Origin: Candidatus Caldarchaeales archaeon
GTDB lineage: Archaea > Thermoproteota > Nitrososphaeria_A > Caldarchaeales > Calditenuaceae
Length of the DNA stretch: 64,000 bases
Direction: 5' to 3'
Assembly (NCBI GenBank): GCA_039630085.1
Contig: JBCNVM010000001.1
Location: 64,001 to 128,000 of the forward strand
A model generated the notes under the pieces. It did no database searches. It was not told where the DNA came from and was given only the letters and a program-made list of their open reading frames with translations. A program made the translations under genes and the position numbers. This document shows, piece by piece, positions 49,588 through 58,994 of this stretch. Within the stretch, counting starts at the first letter, position 1. Every line of letters starts with the position of its first letter.

Positions 49588-49685
49588 GGGCCCGTAGCTC
49601 AGCGGTAGAGCGCCCGGCTGTTAACCGGATGGCGGGCGCGGGGCTCGCCCGGGAGAGGTCGTGGGTTCGAGTCCCACCGGGCCCG
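49588..49685 (+). tRNA. tRNA-Asn(GTT) with a 26-nt non-canonical intron (about 49629-49654)
   Basis: GGGCCCG/CGGGCCC acceptor, GCTC/GAGC D stem, CCCGG-CTGTTAA-CCGG, insert containing the GGCGGGC/GCTCGCC hairpin, AGGTC, GTGGG-TTCGAGT-CCCAC, G73; TTTATC about 30 nt upstream. Confidence 0.88.
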
Positions 49686-49738
49686 CTCTCTTCTGCGGCT
49701 CTCGGTCCGCGAAGAGGGGTTCGATAGGCGCATCGCTT

Positions 49739-50398
49739 TCAGTCGCTCCCGACCGGCGTCGTGCCCGACGCGAGCATCTTCCTCGCCAAGTAGACAGCGG
49801 ACCCGAGGGCACCGGACTCAGCCGCGTGGTAGCTCCTCGCTCCGGCGATCAGCATGACGTCGCCGTCGTTGGGGCATAGCTCGTCCAGCAGCTTCCTCGC
49901 GAACCCGGGGTGCTCCTCAGAGATATCGCTGACCTCAGGCATCAGCACCCTCCCCATGACGTAGCTCAGGACCATAGCGGCCTCCGCCCCGTGCCTGATC
50001 GCCTCGTCTCGCTCGTCGAGCCCCCTCCCCACGTGTCCCGAGGCCCTCCTGACGATGACCCCGACGCTGTGCTCGTAACTCCAGACCTCGTCGAGCCTGA
50101 TGGGCTTCGGCTCGGTCATCAACTCAGACAGCCCCTTGAGGAACTCCCTGCCGCGGTCGCTCAGGATGCACCCCGACCTGATCACGTTCACGAGTCCACG
50201 CTGGGCCAGCCTCCTGATGATCGTCCTCGCTGTACCCTCTCCGACGCCGAGCCTCGCGCCCAGAGCCGACCTGCTGATCATGTTCTCCCTGCTGAGCGCG
50301 AAGAGGGCCCTCAGGTAGATCACGGGACCGAGGGGGACGCCCTGACCCAGCCTTCCGGCCCCCTCGAGGAGAAGGTCCCGAGGCCCCTCCGCCCTCAA
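49739..50398 (-). CDS. winged-helix + DUF4443-like domain protein
   Basis: SRSALGARLGVGEGTARTIIRRL (wHTH); GLDERDEAIRHGAEAA. Confidence 0.7.
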   Translation of the reverse strand: MRAEGPRDLLLEGAGRLGQGVPLGPVIYLRALFALSRENMISRSALGARLGVGEGTARTIIRRLAQRGLVNVIRSGCILSDRGREFLKGLSELMTEPKPIRLDEVWSYEHSVGVIVRRASGHVGRGLDERDEAIRHGAEAAMVLSYVMGRVLMPEVSDISEEHPGFARKLLDELCPNDGDVMLIAGARSYHAAESGALGSAVYLARKMLASGTTPVGSD

Positions 50399-50467
50399 GC
50401 CCTCGGAACTTATTCCCGCCGTCTGTAGTTAAGTTTTTAACGCGTGTCCCCCTCTTCCCGGTCGATC

Positions 50468-50986
50468 TTAGAGCAGGGCGACCTGCGGCTCGATCGGCGT
50501 CCTCAAGCTGTAGATCGCCGGGCACCGGTCCTTCGCCTCCTCCACCAGCCGCTCCATCACCTCCCTCGGCGCGTCGCCGGAGAGCTTGACCTCGAACCTC
50601 ACCGACCTGACGATCGGCCGGTCATGGACGCCCAGCGGCTTCGAGAAGTCGACCTCGCACGACCCCTTGACCTCCGCGCCCGTGAGCCTCACTCCCCTCT
50701 CCGCCGCGATCCCGACGAGCGTCGCCATGAAGCACGACGCCATCCCGACCAGGCAGTAGTGCATCGGGCCGGGCCTGCTCCCGCTCCCTCCGAGGAAGCT
50801 CGGCGAGTCGACCTCGATCCTGAACTCTCCCGACTCGGCCCTGCACCTCGCGACGAACTGGACTTCTCCCGGCTCTGTGACCCAGTGTCCGCTCACCTCG
50901 ATCGTCCTGACGGCCTTCGTCGGGTCCGACTTCAGCAGCTCAATGGTCCCAGAGACCTTCTCGATGTCGACGTTGTTGAACCTCAC
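50468..50986 (-). CDS. OsmC family protein
   Basis: DSPSFLGGSGSRPGP, GMASCF, RCPAIYSL. Confidence 0.85.
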   Translation of the reverse strand: MRFNNVDIEKVSGTIELLKSDPTKAVRTIEVSGHWVTEPGEVQFVARCRAESGEFRIEVDSPSFLGGSGSRPGPMHYCLVGMASCFMATLVGIAAERGVRLTGAEVKGSCEVDFSKPLGVHDRPIVRSVRFEVKLSGDAPREVMERLVEEAKDRCPAIYSLRTPIEPQVALL

Positions 50987-51070
50987 GCCCGTGCGGCCAT
51001 CGGCGCGGCTATAAACGTGCGACCTTCACTCGTGAACTTAATACGATGCCCGTCGGGTCGGGACCCGGAA

Positions 51071-52606
51071 TTGGGCTCGGACGCGGGGAAGCTCGCCCTC
51101 CACCCGATCGAGGCGAGGGTGCTCTGGGCGCTCTCCTCGGGAGAGAGGCTCAGCTTCGGCGAGGTCTCGAGGAGGACGGGCCTCGACCAGGGAGCGGTCG
51201 CGAAGTCGGTCGAGAGGCTCGCGTCGAAGGGGCTGGTCAGCGTCAGCGAGGTCACCGTGAGGACCGTCGCAGAGCTGAGCGCGGAGGGCCTCGAGTACAG
51301 CCTGAGGGGCCTTCCGGAGAGGAGGCTGGTTGACTTCCTGAGGTTGAGGGGAGGTAGGGCGAGCCTGGCGGAGCTCCGGTCGATCGAGGGGATGGACGAG
51401 GAGGGGGTGAGGATCGGGGTCCTCTGGGCGAAGAAGCAAGGGTGGGTCGAGGTCGCGAAGGAGGGCGGCGAGACCTACGTCGAGCTGGTCACTTACCCCG
51501 ACTACAGGACGGACGAAGAGATGGCGCTGGATGCGCTGAGGTCGGGCCCCAGGAGCTTGGAGGAGCTCGGGGCGCTCGCGGGCACCGCGGCGAGGCTCTC
51601 GAGGAGGGCCGGGCTCGTGAGGCTGAGGGAGGAGAGGGAGCACGTCGTCGAGGCGACCCGCGAGGGGCTGGAGGTCGCGAAGTCCGTTGAGCTCCCAGTC
51701 TACGCGGTGAGCCAGCTCACGCCCGAGCTGATCAAGACCGGGAGGTGGAGGTCGGTCCACCTGATCAGGTACGACGTCCTCGCGCCGGTCAAGCCGGTCT
51801 TCGCGGCCAAGGAGCACCCGCTCACCTCGCTGATCAGGAGGGTGAAGGAGGCCTTCGTCGAGCTGGGCTTCGAGGAGGTCCAGGGCCCTCTCGTCGAGCT
51901 GGCGTTCTGGAACTTCGACGCCCTCTTTCAGCCCCAGGACCACCCGGCGAGGGAGATGCACGACACCTTCTACCTCGAGTGGCCCTCGACAGGCAGGCTC
52001 CCCGAGGGGCTGGCGGGAAGGGTGAAGGAGGCCCACGAGACCGGAGGCGACACCGGGTCGAGGGGGTGGAGGTACAGGTGGAGCGCTGAGGAGGCCTCGA
52101 GGCTCGTCCTGAGGACCCACACCACCGCGACCACGATCAGGTACCTCGCGGAGCGCAGGGAGCCCCCCGTCAAGGTCTTCTCGGTCGACAGGATCTTCAG
52201 GAACGAGAGGGTCAACTGGAAGAGGCTCGCGGAGTTCCACCAGATCGAGGGCATCCTGATGGACCGGGGAGTCGGGATGAGGCACCTGATGGGGACGATC
52301 AGGGAGTTCTACGCGAGGCTCGGGCTGAAGGAGGTCAGGTTCAGGCCGAGCTACTTCCCATACACGGAGCCCTCGGCCGAGGTCGACGTCTACTTCGAGG
52401 ACCTCGGGAGGTGGGTCGAGCTGGGAGGGATGGGCGTCTTCAGGCCCGAGGTGACGAGGCCGCTCGGCGTCGAGCACCCGGTCCTCGCCTGGGGCCTAGG
52501 ACTCGAGAGGCTTGCCCTCATCCTCCACGGCCTCGAGGACATCAGGACCTTCTACCTGAACGACCTCTCTTGGATCAGGTCCGCAAACCCCTTCGTGGTC
52601 AGGTGA
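51071..52606 (+). CDS. pheS: phenylalanine--tRNA ligase alpha subunit
   Basis: N-terminal wHTH domains, FWNFDALFQPQDHPAREMHDTF, LRTHTT, FRNE, YFPYTEPS, WGLGLER; TTG start at 51071 chosen. Confidence 0.95.
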   Translation: MGSDAGKLALHPIEARVLWALSSGERLSFGEVSRRTGLDQGAVAKSVERLASKGLVSVSEVTVRTVAELSAEGLEYSLRGLPERRLVDFLRLRGGRASLAELRSIEGMDEEGVRIGVLWAKKQGWVEVAKEGGETYVELVTYPDYRTDEEMALDALRSGPRSLEELGALAGTAARLSRRAGLVRLREEREHVVEATREGLEVAKSVELPVYAVSQLTPELIKTGRWRSVHLIRYDVLAPVKPVFAAKEHPLTSLIRRVKEAFVELGFEEVQGPLVELAFWNFDALFQPQDHPAREMHDTFYLEWPSTGRLPEGLAGRVKEAHETGGDTGSRGWRYRWSAEEASRLVLRTHTTATTIRYLAERREPPVKVFSVDRIFRNERVNWKRLAEFHQIEGILMDRGVGMRHLMGTIREFYARLGLKEVRFRPSYFPYTEPSAEVDVYFEDLGRWVELGGMGVFRPEVTRPLGVEHPVLAWGLGLERLALILHGLEDIRTFYLNDLSWIRSANPFVVR

Positions 52607-52612
52607 CACTGT

Positions 52613-54265
52613 TTGCCCGCGATCACGGTCAGGGCCAGCAAGCTCAGCAGGTTGGTCGGGATGGACCTCACGCCCGATCGGGTCGCTGAGCTCCTCGCGA
52701 GGCTGGGCGTCTCGGTCGACGAGGTGGTCGGGGACGAGGTGAAGGCCGAGTACAACCCCAACAGGCCGGACTTCTCGTCGCACGCGGGGCTCGCGAGGGC
52801 CCTGAAGGGCCTGCTCGGGATCGAGGCGGGGCTTTACAGGGTCAGGGCGAGGAGGTCGGGGTGGAGGCTGGTCGTCGACCCCAGCGTGAAGTCGGTGAGG
52901 CCCTACGCGGTCGGCGCGATCGTGAAGGGCCTCAAGCTCACCGAGGAGGACCTGGTGGAGCTGATCGCGGTCCAAGAGGACCTCCACTGGGTCCTCGGGA
53001 GGAACAGGAGGAAGGTCGCGATAGGGCTCCACGACCTTTCGAGGGTCAGGCCGCCGGTCCGGTACGTGGCCAGACCTCTGGACGGGGTGAGGTTCGTCCC
53101 GCTCCACGGCACCGTGCCGATGACCTGCGCGGAGATCCTCGAGAGGCACCCCACCGGGAGGGCCTACGGCGACCTAGTGAAACACACGGGCCTGGCGCCG
53201 CTCATCCTCGACGGCAGGGGCGAGGTGATGTCGTTCCCGCCGGTGATCAACTCCTCCCTGACCGAGGTGACCACTTCGACCCGAGACGTCTTCATCGACG
53301 TGACCGGCACCGACCCCGAGGCGATCGGCCGCGCCCTGAACGTCCTGGTCTCGCATCTGAACGACCTCGGCGGGAGGGTCTACACCGTCGAGGTGGTCGA
53401 CGGCAGGAGGAGGTTCGCGTCGCCTGACCTCAGGCCGGTGAGGTGGAAGGTCGACCTCGGGACGATCGCCGAGGCGCTCGGCGTGGAGCTGAGCGGGAGG
53501 GAGGTCGTCGAGGCGCTCAGGAGGATGAGGTTCGGAGCGACCCTGAGGAAGGGGAAGGTCCTCGTCGAGGCCCCGCCTTACAGGACCGACCTTCTCCACC
53601 CGGTGGACATCGCGGAGGAGGTGGCGATCGCTGTCTGGGACAAACTCGAGCCGGAGGTCCCTAGGACTCACGGCTTCGGCGCGGTCCTCCAGAGGACACG
53701 CGTCGAGGAGGTCCTCAGGTCCATGATGGTCGGCCTGGGGTTCACGGAGGTCGTGAACACGGTCCTAGCCAACCGCTCGGTCCTAGAGAGGTTCCTACCT
53801 CCCGACTCGCCAGGGCCCATCAGGCTCCTCAACCCCGCTTCCTCCGAGTACGACTCGCTGAGGACGACCCTGATCCCGGGGCTGCTGAATAACCTCGCCG
53901 CGAACAGGCACAACCCCTACCCGCAGAGGCTCTTCGAGCTGGGCGACGTCGTCCTCTACGACGACTCGAGGCCGGAGATGTCAAGAAGGTCCCTGAGGCT
54001 CGCCTGCGCGTCGAGCCACTCCCAGGCCTCCTACACCGAGGTCAAGTCGGTCTTCGAGGAGGTCTCGAGGTTCCTGAAGGTCGAGCTCGTGCCCACCGAG
54101 CGGGACTACCCGTTCCTGATCGGCGGAAGGTCCGTTGCCCTCGTCAGCAGGGGGATCGAGGTGGGGCTCGCGGGGGAGGTGCACCCCTCGGTGCTGGAGG
54201 AGTTCGGGATCGAGATGCCCACTGTCGTCATGGAGCTTGACGTTGAGTCGCTCGCGCTCTTCTGA
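52613..54265 (+). CDS. pheT: phenylalanine--tRNA ligase beta subunit
   Basis: NPNRPD, GRNRRKVAIGLHD, SFPPVINS, YRTDLLHPVDIAEEVAI, GEVHP. Confidence 0.95.
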   Translation: MPAITVRASKLSRLVGMDLTPDRVAELLARLGVSVDEVVGDEVKAEYNPNRPDFSSHAGLARALKGLLGIEAGLYRVRARRSGWRLVVDPSVKSVRPYAVGAIVKGLKLTEEDLVELIAVQEDLHWVLGRNRRKVAIGLHDLSRVRPPVRYVARPLDGVRFVPLHGTVPMTCAEILERHPTGRAYGDLVKHTGLAPLILDGRGEVMSFPPVINSSLTEVTTSTRDVFIDVTGTDPEAIGRALNVLVSHLNDLGGRVYTVEVVDGRRRFASPDLRPVRWKVDLGTIAEALGVELSGREVVEALRRMRFGATLRKGKVLVEAPPYRTDLLHPVDIAEEVAIAVWDKLEPEVPRTHGFGAVLQRTRVEEVLRSMMVGLGFTEVVNTVLANRSVLERFLPPDSPGPIRLLNPASSEYDSLRTTLIPGLLNNLAANRHNPYPQRLFELGDVVLYDDSRPEMSRRSLRLACASSHSQASYTEVKSVFEEVSRFLKVELVPTERDYPFLIGGRSVALVSRGIEVGLAGEVHPSVLEEFGIEMPTVVMELDVESLALF

Positions 54266-54336
54266 GCCGCTTTCTCAGACAAGTGGTAAAAGATCTTCTA
54301 CAGAGGCGGTTTAGGTAAAAACGATGTGCGAGCATC

Positions 54337-54768
54337 TCAGGTCCCGACGAGGCGTCTGTGCTCCTTCATCATGCACCTGTCCCAGACGATCGTGACCCCG
54401 TGTCTCCTCGCGATCTCGACGGCCTCCGGGTGGTAGATCCCCTCCTGGAGCCAGATGACCTTCGGGTTCAGCTTCACCGCCTCCCTGACGACGCCCGGGA
54501 CCTCCTCGGAGGGCCTGAAGACGTCAACTATGTCCACCGGGCCCTTCACCTCTGAGAGCGACTTGTGGACCTTGAGGCCGAGGATCTCGTCAGCGGTCGG
54601 GTTCACGGGGATCACCTCGTAGCCCCTCTCGTGAAGATACCTCGGGACGTAGTGGGCGGGCTTCGCGGGGTCCTTCGACATCCCGACCACCACGACCCTC
54701 CTCAGCGCGAGTATCCTCCTGACCTCCTCGTCGGAGAGCCCGTCCTTCGGGATCGACATCGCATTCAC
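54337..54768 (-). CDS. CoA-binding protein (YccU-like)
   Basis: VVGMS...PAHYV, IPVNP, DIVDVFRP, IWLQEGI, DRCM. Confidence 0.9.
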   Translation of the reverse strand: MNAMSIPKDGLSDEEVRRILALRRVVVVGMSKDPAKPAHYVPRYLHERGYEVIPVNPTADEILGLKVHKSLSEVKGPVDIVDVFRPSEEVPGVVREAVKLNPKVIWLQEGIYHPEAVEIARRHGVTIVWDRCMMKEHRRLVGT

Positions 54769-54814
54769 TCTCGAGGTCCTAGATAAAACGGTTGGCGCTC
54801 CCTGCCCCTTTGTC

Positions 54815-55843
54815 TCAGACCCGGAGGACGTTGATCGTCCTGATCAGCGAGGAGTGGACCCTGTAGGTGTACCTCTCGACGACCATGGGGCCCTCGAGGA
54901 TCGCCGGAGCCCTGCGTCCGAGCGGGTAGGCCACGACGATCCTCCTGCCCTTCTCGAGGAGCTCCGCGAGCTCTGAGAGGACCCGGTCGACGAGGTCCGC
55001 GAGGGACGGGCCGATCACCCTCGTCGACTTCCCATAGGGAGGGTCCGTCGCGACGCCACCGACCCCTCCCCTCAGGGGCAGCGACGTCGAGTCCCCCGCG
55101 ATCACGTCCGACCCGCCGGACAGCCCGAACGCCTTCAGGTTCCTCAGCGATCCCCTGGCGATCCAAGTCCTCACCTCGATCCCGACCGCGTCGTAACTGA
55201 GCGAGGCCGCCTCCATCAGTATCGCGCCGGTCCCCGAGAACGGGTCCAGAAGCCTTGAACCCGGAGGCGTCCTGGTAAGGTTCACCATCACCCTCGCCTC
55301 CTTTGGCTGGAGCGTCGACGGCAGCCTGAAGGGCCTGTTCACAGGCGCCCTTCTCGAGAGCCCCGAGCCGTCCCTGATCCCCACGACGGGCCCTCCGGTG
55401 ACGAGCCTCTCGGTGACGTAGACCCTGAAGACGGTCCTGGGAGACTTCAGGTCGACCCTGAGCCCCGGCCTCGCTCTCTCGACTGCCGACGCGGCCCAGC
55501 GCTCGATTTCGACCCTCGAGGGCCCCTCAGCTCCCCCGAGCTTCACCGCCCTGACCGCGTACGGTTCACCGATCCCCTCCAGCGCAGAGGGGTCCACCTC
55601 GACGCTAGACCCGATCAGCTCAGGCCCGACCGCGACCGCCAGCCCGATCACCTCCTTCACGAACGCGCACCTCGTGGCCGCCTTCCGCGCCGTCTCCTCG
55701 GGAGCCTCGAAGGACGCGAGCCTCTCGCAGAGGAGCTCCGGCTCGCCCTTCACTCCTAGGACTTCGAGGACGGCCCTCAGCTCGCCGAGTCCGAGCTCAG
55801 GGTGGTCTCCCGAGAGGAGGGCGACGTACTTCCCGGCCCTCAC
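54815..55843 (-). CDS. THUMP-domain tRNA (guanine(10)-N2) methyltransferase, Trm11/TrmG10-like
   Basis: LSGDHPEL, VDLKSP, RPF-x-PSTL-PKEARVMVNL, LDPFSGTG, TDPPYG. Confidence 0.82.
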   Translation of the reverse strand: MRAGKYVALLSGDHPELGLGELRAVLEVLGVKGEPELLCERLASFEAPEETARKAATRCAFVKEVIGLAVAVGPELIGSSVEVDPSALEGIGEPYAVRAVKLGGAEGPSRVEIERWAASAVERARPGLRVDLKSPRTVFRVYVTERLVTGGPVVGIRDGSGLSRRAPVNRPFRLPSTLQPKEARVMVNLTRTPPGSRLLDPFSGTGAILMEAASLSYDAVGIEVRTWIARGSLRNLKAFGLSGGSDVIAGDSTSLPLRGGVGGVATDPPYGKSTRVIGPSLADLVDRVLSELAELLEKGRRIVVAYPLGRRAPAILEGPMVVERYTYRVHSSLIRTINVLRV

Positions 55844-56730
55844 GCTATCATCGGCCTCAGGACCTCTGCGAGAGCCCCCGCGACCGAGAGCCTCGAGTGC
55901 TCGGATGGGACGGTGTCGGTCGAGTGGACTGCCGACGCGCCGCTCTCGATGATCCTCCTGGCCGCGCTTCCGACGAAGAGGCCGTGGACGCAGGCGACGA
56001 CGACCTCAGAGGCTCCGAGGGACCTGAGCGCCCTCACCGCCTCGACCATCGTCCCACCGGTGCTTACGATGTCGTCGACTAAGAGGACCCTCCGGCCCTC
56101 GACGTCTGTCCCGGGGACGCTCACCTCCACCCTGCCCGTCACCGGGTCCCTGCTGCTCGTCAGGCCGGCCCACGACGCGCCGATCGCCTCGCCCGCTGCC
56201 CTCGCCATCCTCTCGCCCTTCTTCCCAGGAGAGGCGACGATGTCGAACCTCCCGTGACGCCTCGCGGCCTCCCTCGCGACCTCGGCGGTCACGTCGACCG
56301 CGACCGACCTCATCCCCTCGCGTTCCAGCGCCCACGGCGAGTGCGGGTTCACCGTGACGAGCGTCCCGATCCCGGAGTCGGCCATGAGTCCCAGGAGCTG
56401 CCTGAGGCTCACGACCTCTCCCCTGAGGAACTCCCTGTCCTGCCTCGCGTAGGCCAGGTACGGCACGACCGCGATCACCTCTGAAGCCCCCCTCTCCCTC
56501 AGCGTCCTCGAGAGCATCAGGAGCTGTAGCGCGTGGACGTCCTGGGGCGGGTGGGTGCCCTGGAAGAGGACCGCCGTCTTCCCGCCGACGTCGCACTCGA
56601 GCCGCAGGTAGGACTCGCCGTCAGGGAAGAACCTGTGCTGGACCTCCGACGTCTCCAGGCCCAGCACCGACGCGACCCTCCTCGAGAGGTCGACCGACGC
56701 CGGCCCCGCGACGACGACCACAGAGCCCAT
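55840..56730 (-). CDS. prs: ribose-phosphate pyrophosphokinase
   Basis: FPDGE, PYLAYARQD, VDDIVSTGGT, ACVHG, STDTV. Confidence 0.92.
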   Translation of the reverse strand: MGSVVVVAGPASVDLSRRVASVLGLETSEVQHRFFPDGESYLRLECDVGGKTAVLFQGTHPPQDVHALQLLMLSRTLRERGASEVIAVVPYLAYARQDREFLRGEVVSLRQLLGLMADSGIGTLVTVNPHSPWALEREGMRSVAVDVTAEVAREAARRHGRFDIVASPGKKGERMARAAGEAIGASWAGLTSSRDPVTGRVEVSVPGTDVEGRRVLLVDDIVSTGGTMVEAVRALRSLGASEVVVACVHGLFVGSAARRIIESGASAVHSTDTVPSEHSRLSVAGALAEVLRPMIA

Positions 56731-56811
56731 CCGCCGGGACGGCCTGCCGGAGGCTATTCAACCTCTTCGGGGCGGTTCCACTTTTTAGGAGCCTGGAGGC
56801 GTTCGGGCCCG

Positions 56812-57318
56812 ATGGGCGCAGGGGACCTCGTGAGGAGGCTGAGGGGGATCTTCGCGGAGAGCCCGCAGAACTTCGGGTGGTTCGAGGACGGGGTGGCGGC
56901 CTCGGGCAGGCCCGTCAACAGGTCCCAGCTCCTCTACGTCGCCAGCAGGGGCGTAGACGCGGTCCTCTCGCTCACGGAGGACCCTATACCCGACGAGCTG
57001 CTCGAGGGGCTCGGGCTCGAGTACCACCACGTCCCGATGAGGAACCACGAGATGCCTCCTGCCGGCGACCTCTTCGCGGCGGTCAGGACGATCAGGGACC
57101 TCAGGTCGAGGGGCAAGAGGGTTCTGGTCCACTGCGCGGCCGGAAAGGGCAGGACGGGGACGGTTCTCGCGGCGTACCTGATGGCCACGAAGGGGCTCGC
57201 GGCCGAGGAGGCGATAGCGCGGGTCAGGTCCGTCAGGAGGGGCTCGATCGAGGAGGTCCAAGAGAGGGGGCTTAAGCAGCTGGAGCGAGTTCTGAGGGGC
57301 GCGCTCGCGGACCGGTGA
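56812..57318 (+). CDS. dual-specificity/protein-tyrosine phosphatase
   Basis: VLVHCAAGKGRTG (CX5R) signature. Confidence 0.9.
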   Translation: MGAGDLVRRLRGIFAESPQNFGWFEDGVAASGRPVNRSQLLYVASRGVDAVLSLTEDPIPDELLEGLGLEYHHVPMRNHEMPPAGDLFAAVRTIRDLRSRGKRVLVHCAAGKGRTGTVLAAYLMATKGLAAEEAIARVRSVRRGSIEEVQERGLKQLERVLRGALADR

Positions 57319-57512
57319 CCTCCGAGAACAGGGGGCTCGGACTGCCCATCGGCGCCTCACCGCTCGGCATGGACGTTGCTCCTCACCGCCCCGCCCATCC
57401 GTTGGCTCCCTGAGGATTTAGGGCTGACGCCCTGTGGGCGCTCGACGGGCCCGCTCCGTGTCAGACCGAGATCGCGGTCAAGACCGAACGTCCGCATCAA
57501 GCTTAATCCTTA

Positions 57513-58937
57513 ATGTCAACGTCCAGTGGAGGCTTGAGGTACACTGACCAGCTCGAGGTCGGGCTGATCGACTTCGGCCCCAAGTCGAGGGTCGACGGCA
57601 CCCAGCTGGGACCCGACGAGGTGATCGCGATCGAGGGCGTGGGGACCTTCTCGACCGTGGACATCGCGAGGAACGCTTCCGAGCTTGTCGCGAAGGGGAA
57701 GGACCTCAGGAAGTTCGCGGCGAAGGTCCACTTCGAGTCGACGCGGAGGGGGCACGCGTCGCTCACGACGTCGTTCGTCCCGTTCCTAGAAGTCCGGTGG
57801 TGCTCGAGGGCGCTCTCGATGCTGGCGCTCAGCACCCGGTTCGGGAGCTTCCTCCAGGAGAGCCAGAGGAGGTCGCCGGTGACGGAGGAGAAGATGCTGG
57901 TCCCCGCGGAGGTGAGGGGGACTGTACTCGAGGGCGATGTCGTGGGGGGCATCCGGAAGGCCTTCGTGGGGTACTCTCAGCTCGTGGAGGGGGGCGTTGC
58001 GATCGAGGACGCGAGGTACGTCCTCCCGCTCGCGACCGCCACGTCGTTCTTCTCCGCCTCCTCCTTCGAGTCAGCGGTCTACCTGATCAGGAAGGCGCAG
58101 CAGGGCCTTGGGATCGTGACGGAGGAGCTGAGGGCCTTCGCGTCGGCGCTGGCGAGGGAGCTCGAGGCCGCGGCCCCGCTGACCGTGAGGTCGAGGCTCT
58201 CCTTCTCCGGTAGGTGGACCGAGTACGCGCTCCTGGACCCGTTGAGGGAGCCCGACGGCCTGCTCGAGAGGGTCTCCGGCGGCCGAGTCCCGCAGGACGC
58301 CGAGCTCCTCGAGCTGAGGGCGCTCAGTGGCGTCGAAGAAGTCCTCGCGGAGAGGCCGGACCTCGCGCCCCACATTCAAGGGCTCGTGGAGGCGGTGGTC
58401 CTAGAGGCTCCCTCCCTCGCTGCCTACCACCAGTCGATCAGGCACAGGACGGTCCCGACAGCGGTCGAGTCGATCCTCGAGGCCTCCTCGAGGGCCATCA
58501 GGGACCCGCAGAGGAACGTCGTCGTCCCGCCGGAGCTGAGGTCCTCGGAGTCGAAGTCCTCTGGCTTCATCGACTCCTGCGTCGAGGCGCTCGAGCTTCA
58601 CGAGAGGGTCAGGGAGGAGGTGGGGGCCGCTGCGTCGGTCTACCTCGTCCCCCAGTCGGTCAGGATAAGGACCGTCAGGGTCTACGACCTCTTCAACCTC
58701 CTCAGCCCGATGGGCTTCGTCGCGACGAGGACCTGCAGCGCCGCCCAGTGGGAGGAGAGATCGATAGCCTACAGGGTCTGGAGGGAGGTGGAGAGGGCCG
58801 CGCCCCGGATCGGCTCGCTGATCGGCGAGAAGTGCAGGCACCTCGGGTACTGTCCGGAGAGGGAGTGGTGCCCGATCATACTGAAGTACTTCTGGTACTC
58901 GGACGAGGAGCACGCCCACCGCAACAGGCCTCCCTAG
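57513..58937 (+). CDS. thyX: tandem two-domain flavin-dependent thymidylate synthase (ThyX-like)
   Basis: GHASL, QESQRR, EDARYVLP in the first half; HQSIRHR, RTCSAAQWE in the second half. Confidence 0.75.
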   Translation: MSTSSGGLRYTDQLEVGLIDFGPKSRVDGTQLGPDEVIAIEGVGTFSTVDIARNASELVAKGKDLRKFAAKVHFESTRRGHASLTTSFVPFLEVRWCSRALSMLALSTRFGSFLQESQRRSPVTEEKMLVPAEVRGTVLEGDVVGGIRKAFVGYSQLVEGGVAIEDARYVLPLATATSFFSASSFESAVYLIRKAQQGLGIVTEELRAFASALARELEAAAPLTVRSRLSFSGRWTEYALLDPLREPDGLLERVSGGRVPQDAELLELRALSGVEEVLAERPDLAPHIQGLVEAVVLEAPSLAAYHQSIRHRTVPTAVESILEASSRAIRDPQRNVVVPPELRSSESKSSGFIDSCVEALELHERVREEVGAAASVYLVPQSVRIRTVRVYDLFNLLSPMGFVATRTCSAAQWEERSIAYRVWREVERAAPRIGSLIGEKCRHLGYCPEREWCPIILKYFWYSDEEHAHRNRPP

Positions 58938-58994
58938 TCCCGTCCCGGGACAAGGTGATAACGGCCCGAGGGCTTGAGACCTGTGGGCTGACCC

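Noticed and set aside
47033-49680. Identical 21-mer CGTGGGTTCGAGTCCCACCGG in tRNA-Val and tRNA-Asn as attL/attR of an element
   Set aside because: Both copies are parts of complete tRNA T arms, and the DNA between them holds housekeeping pdxT and psmB with no integrase
57322-57340. GAGAACAGGGGGCT resembling the RNase P RNA 3' conserved region
   Set aside because: The matching 5' GAGGAAA(G/C)TCC region is absent and the upstream DNA is phosphatase coding sequence
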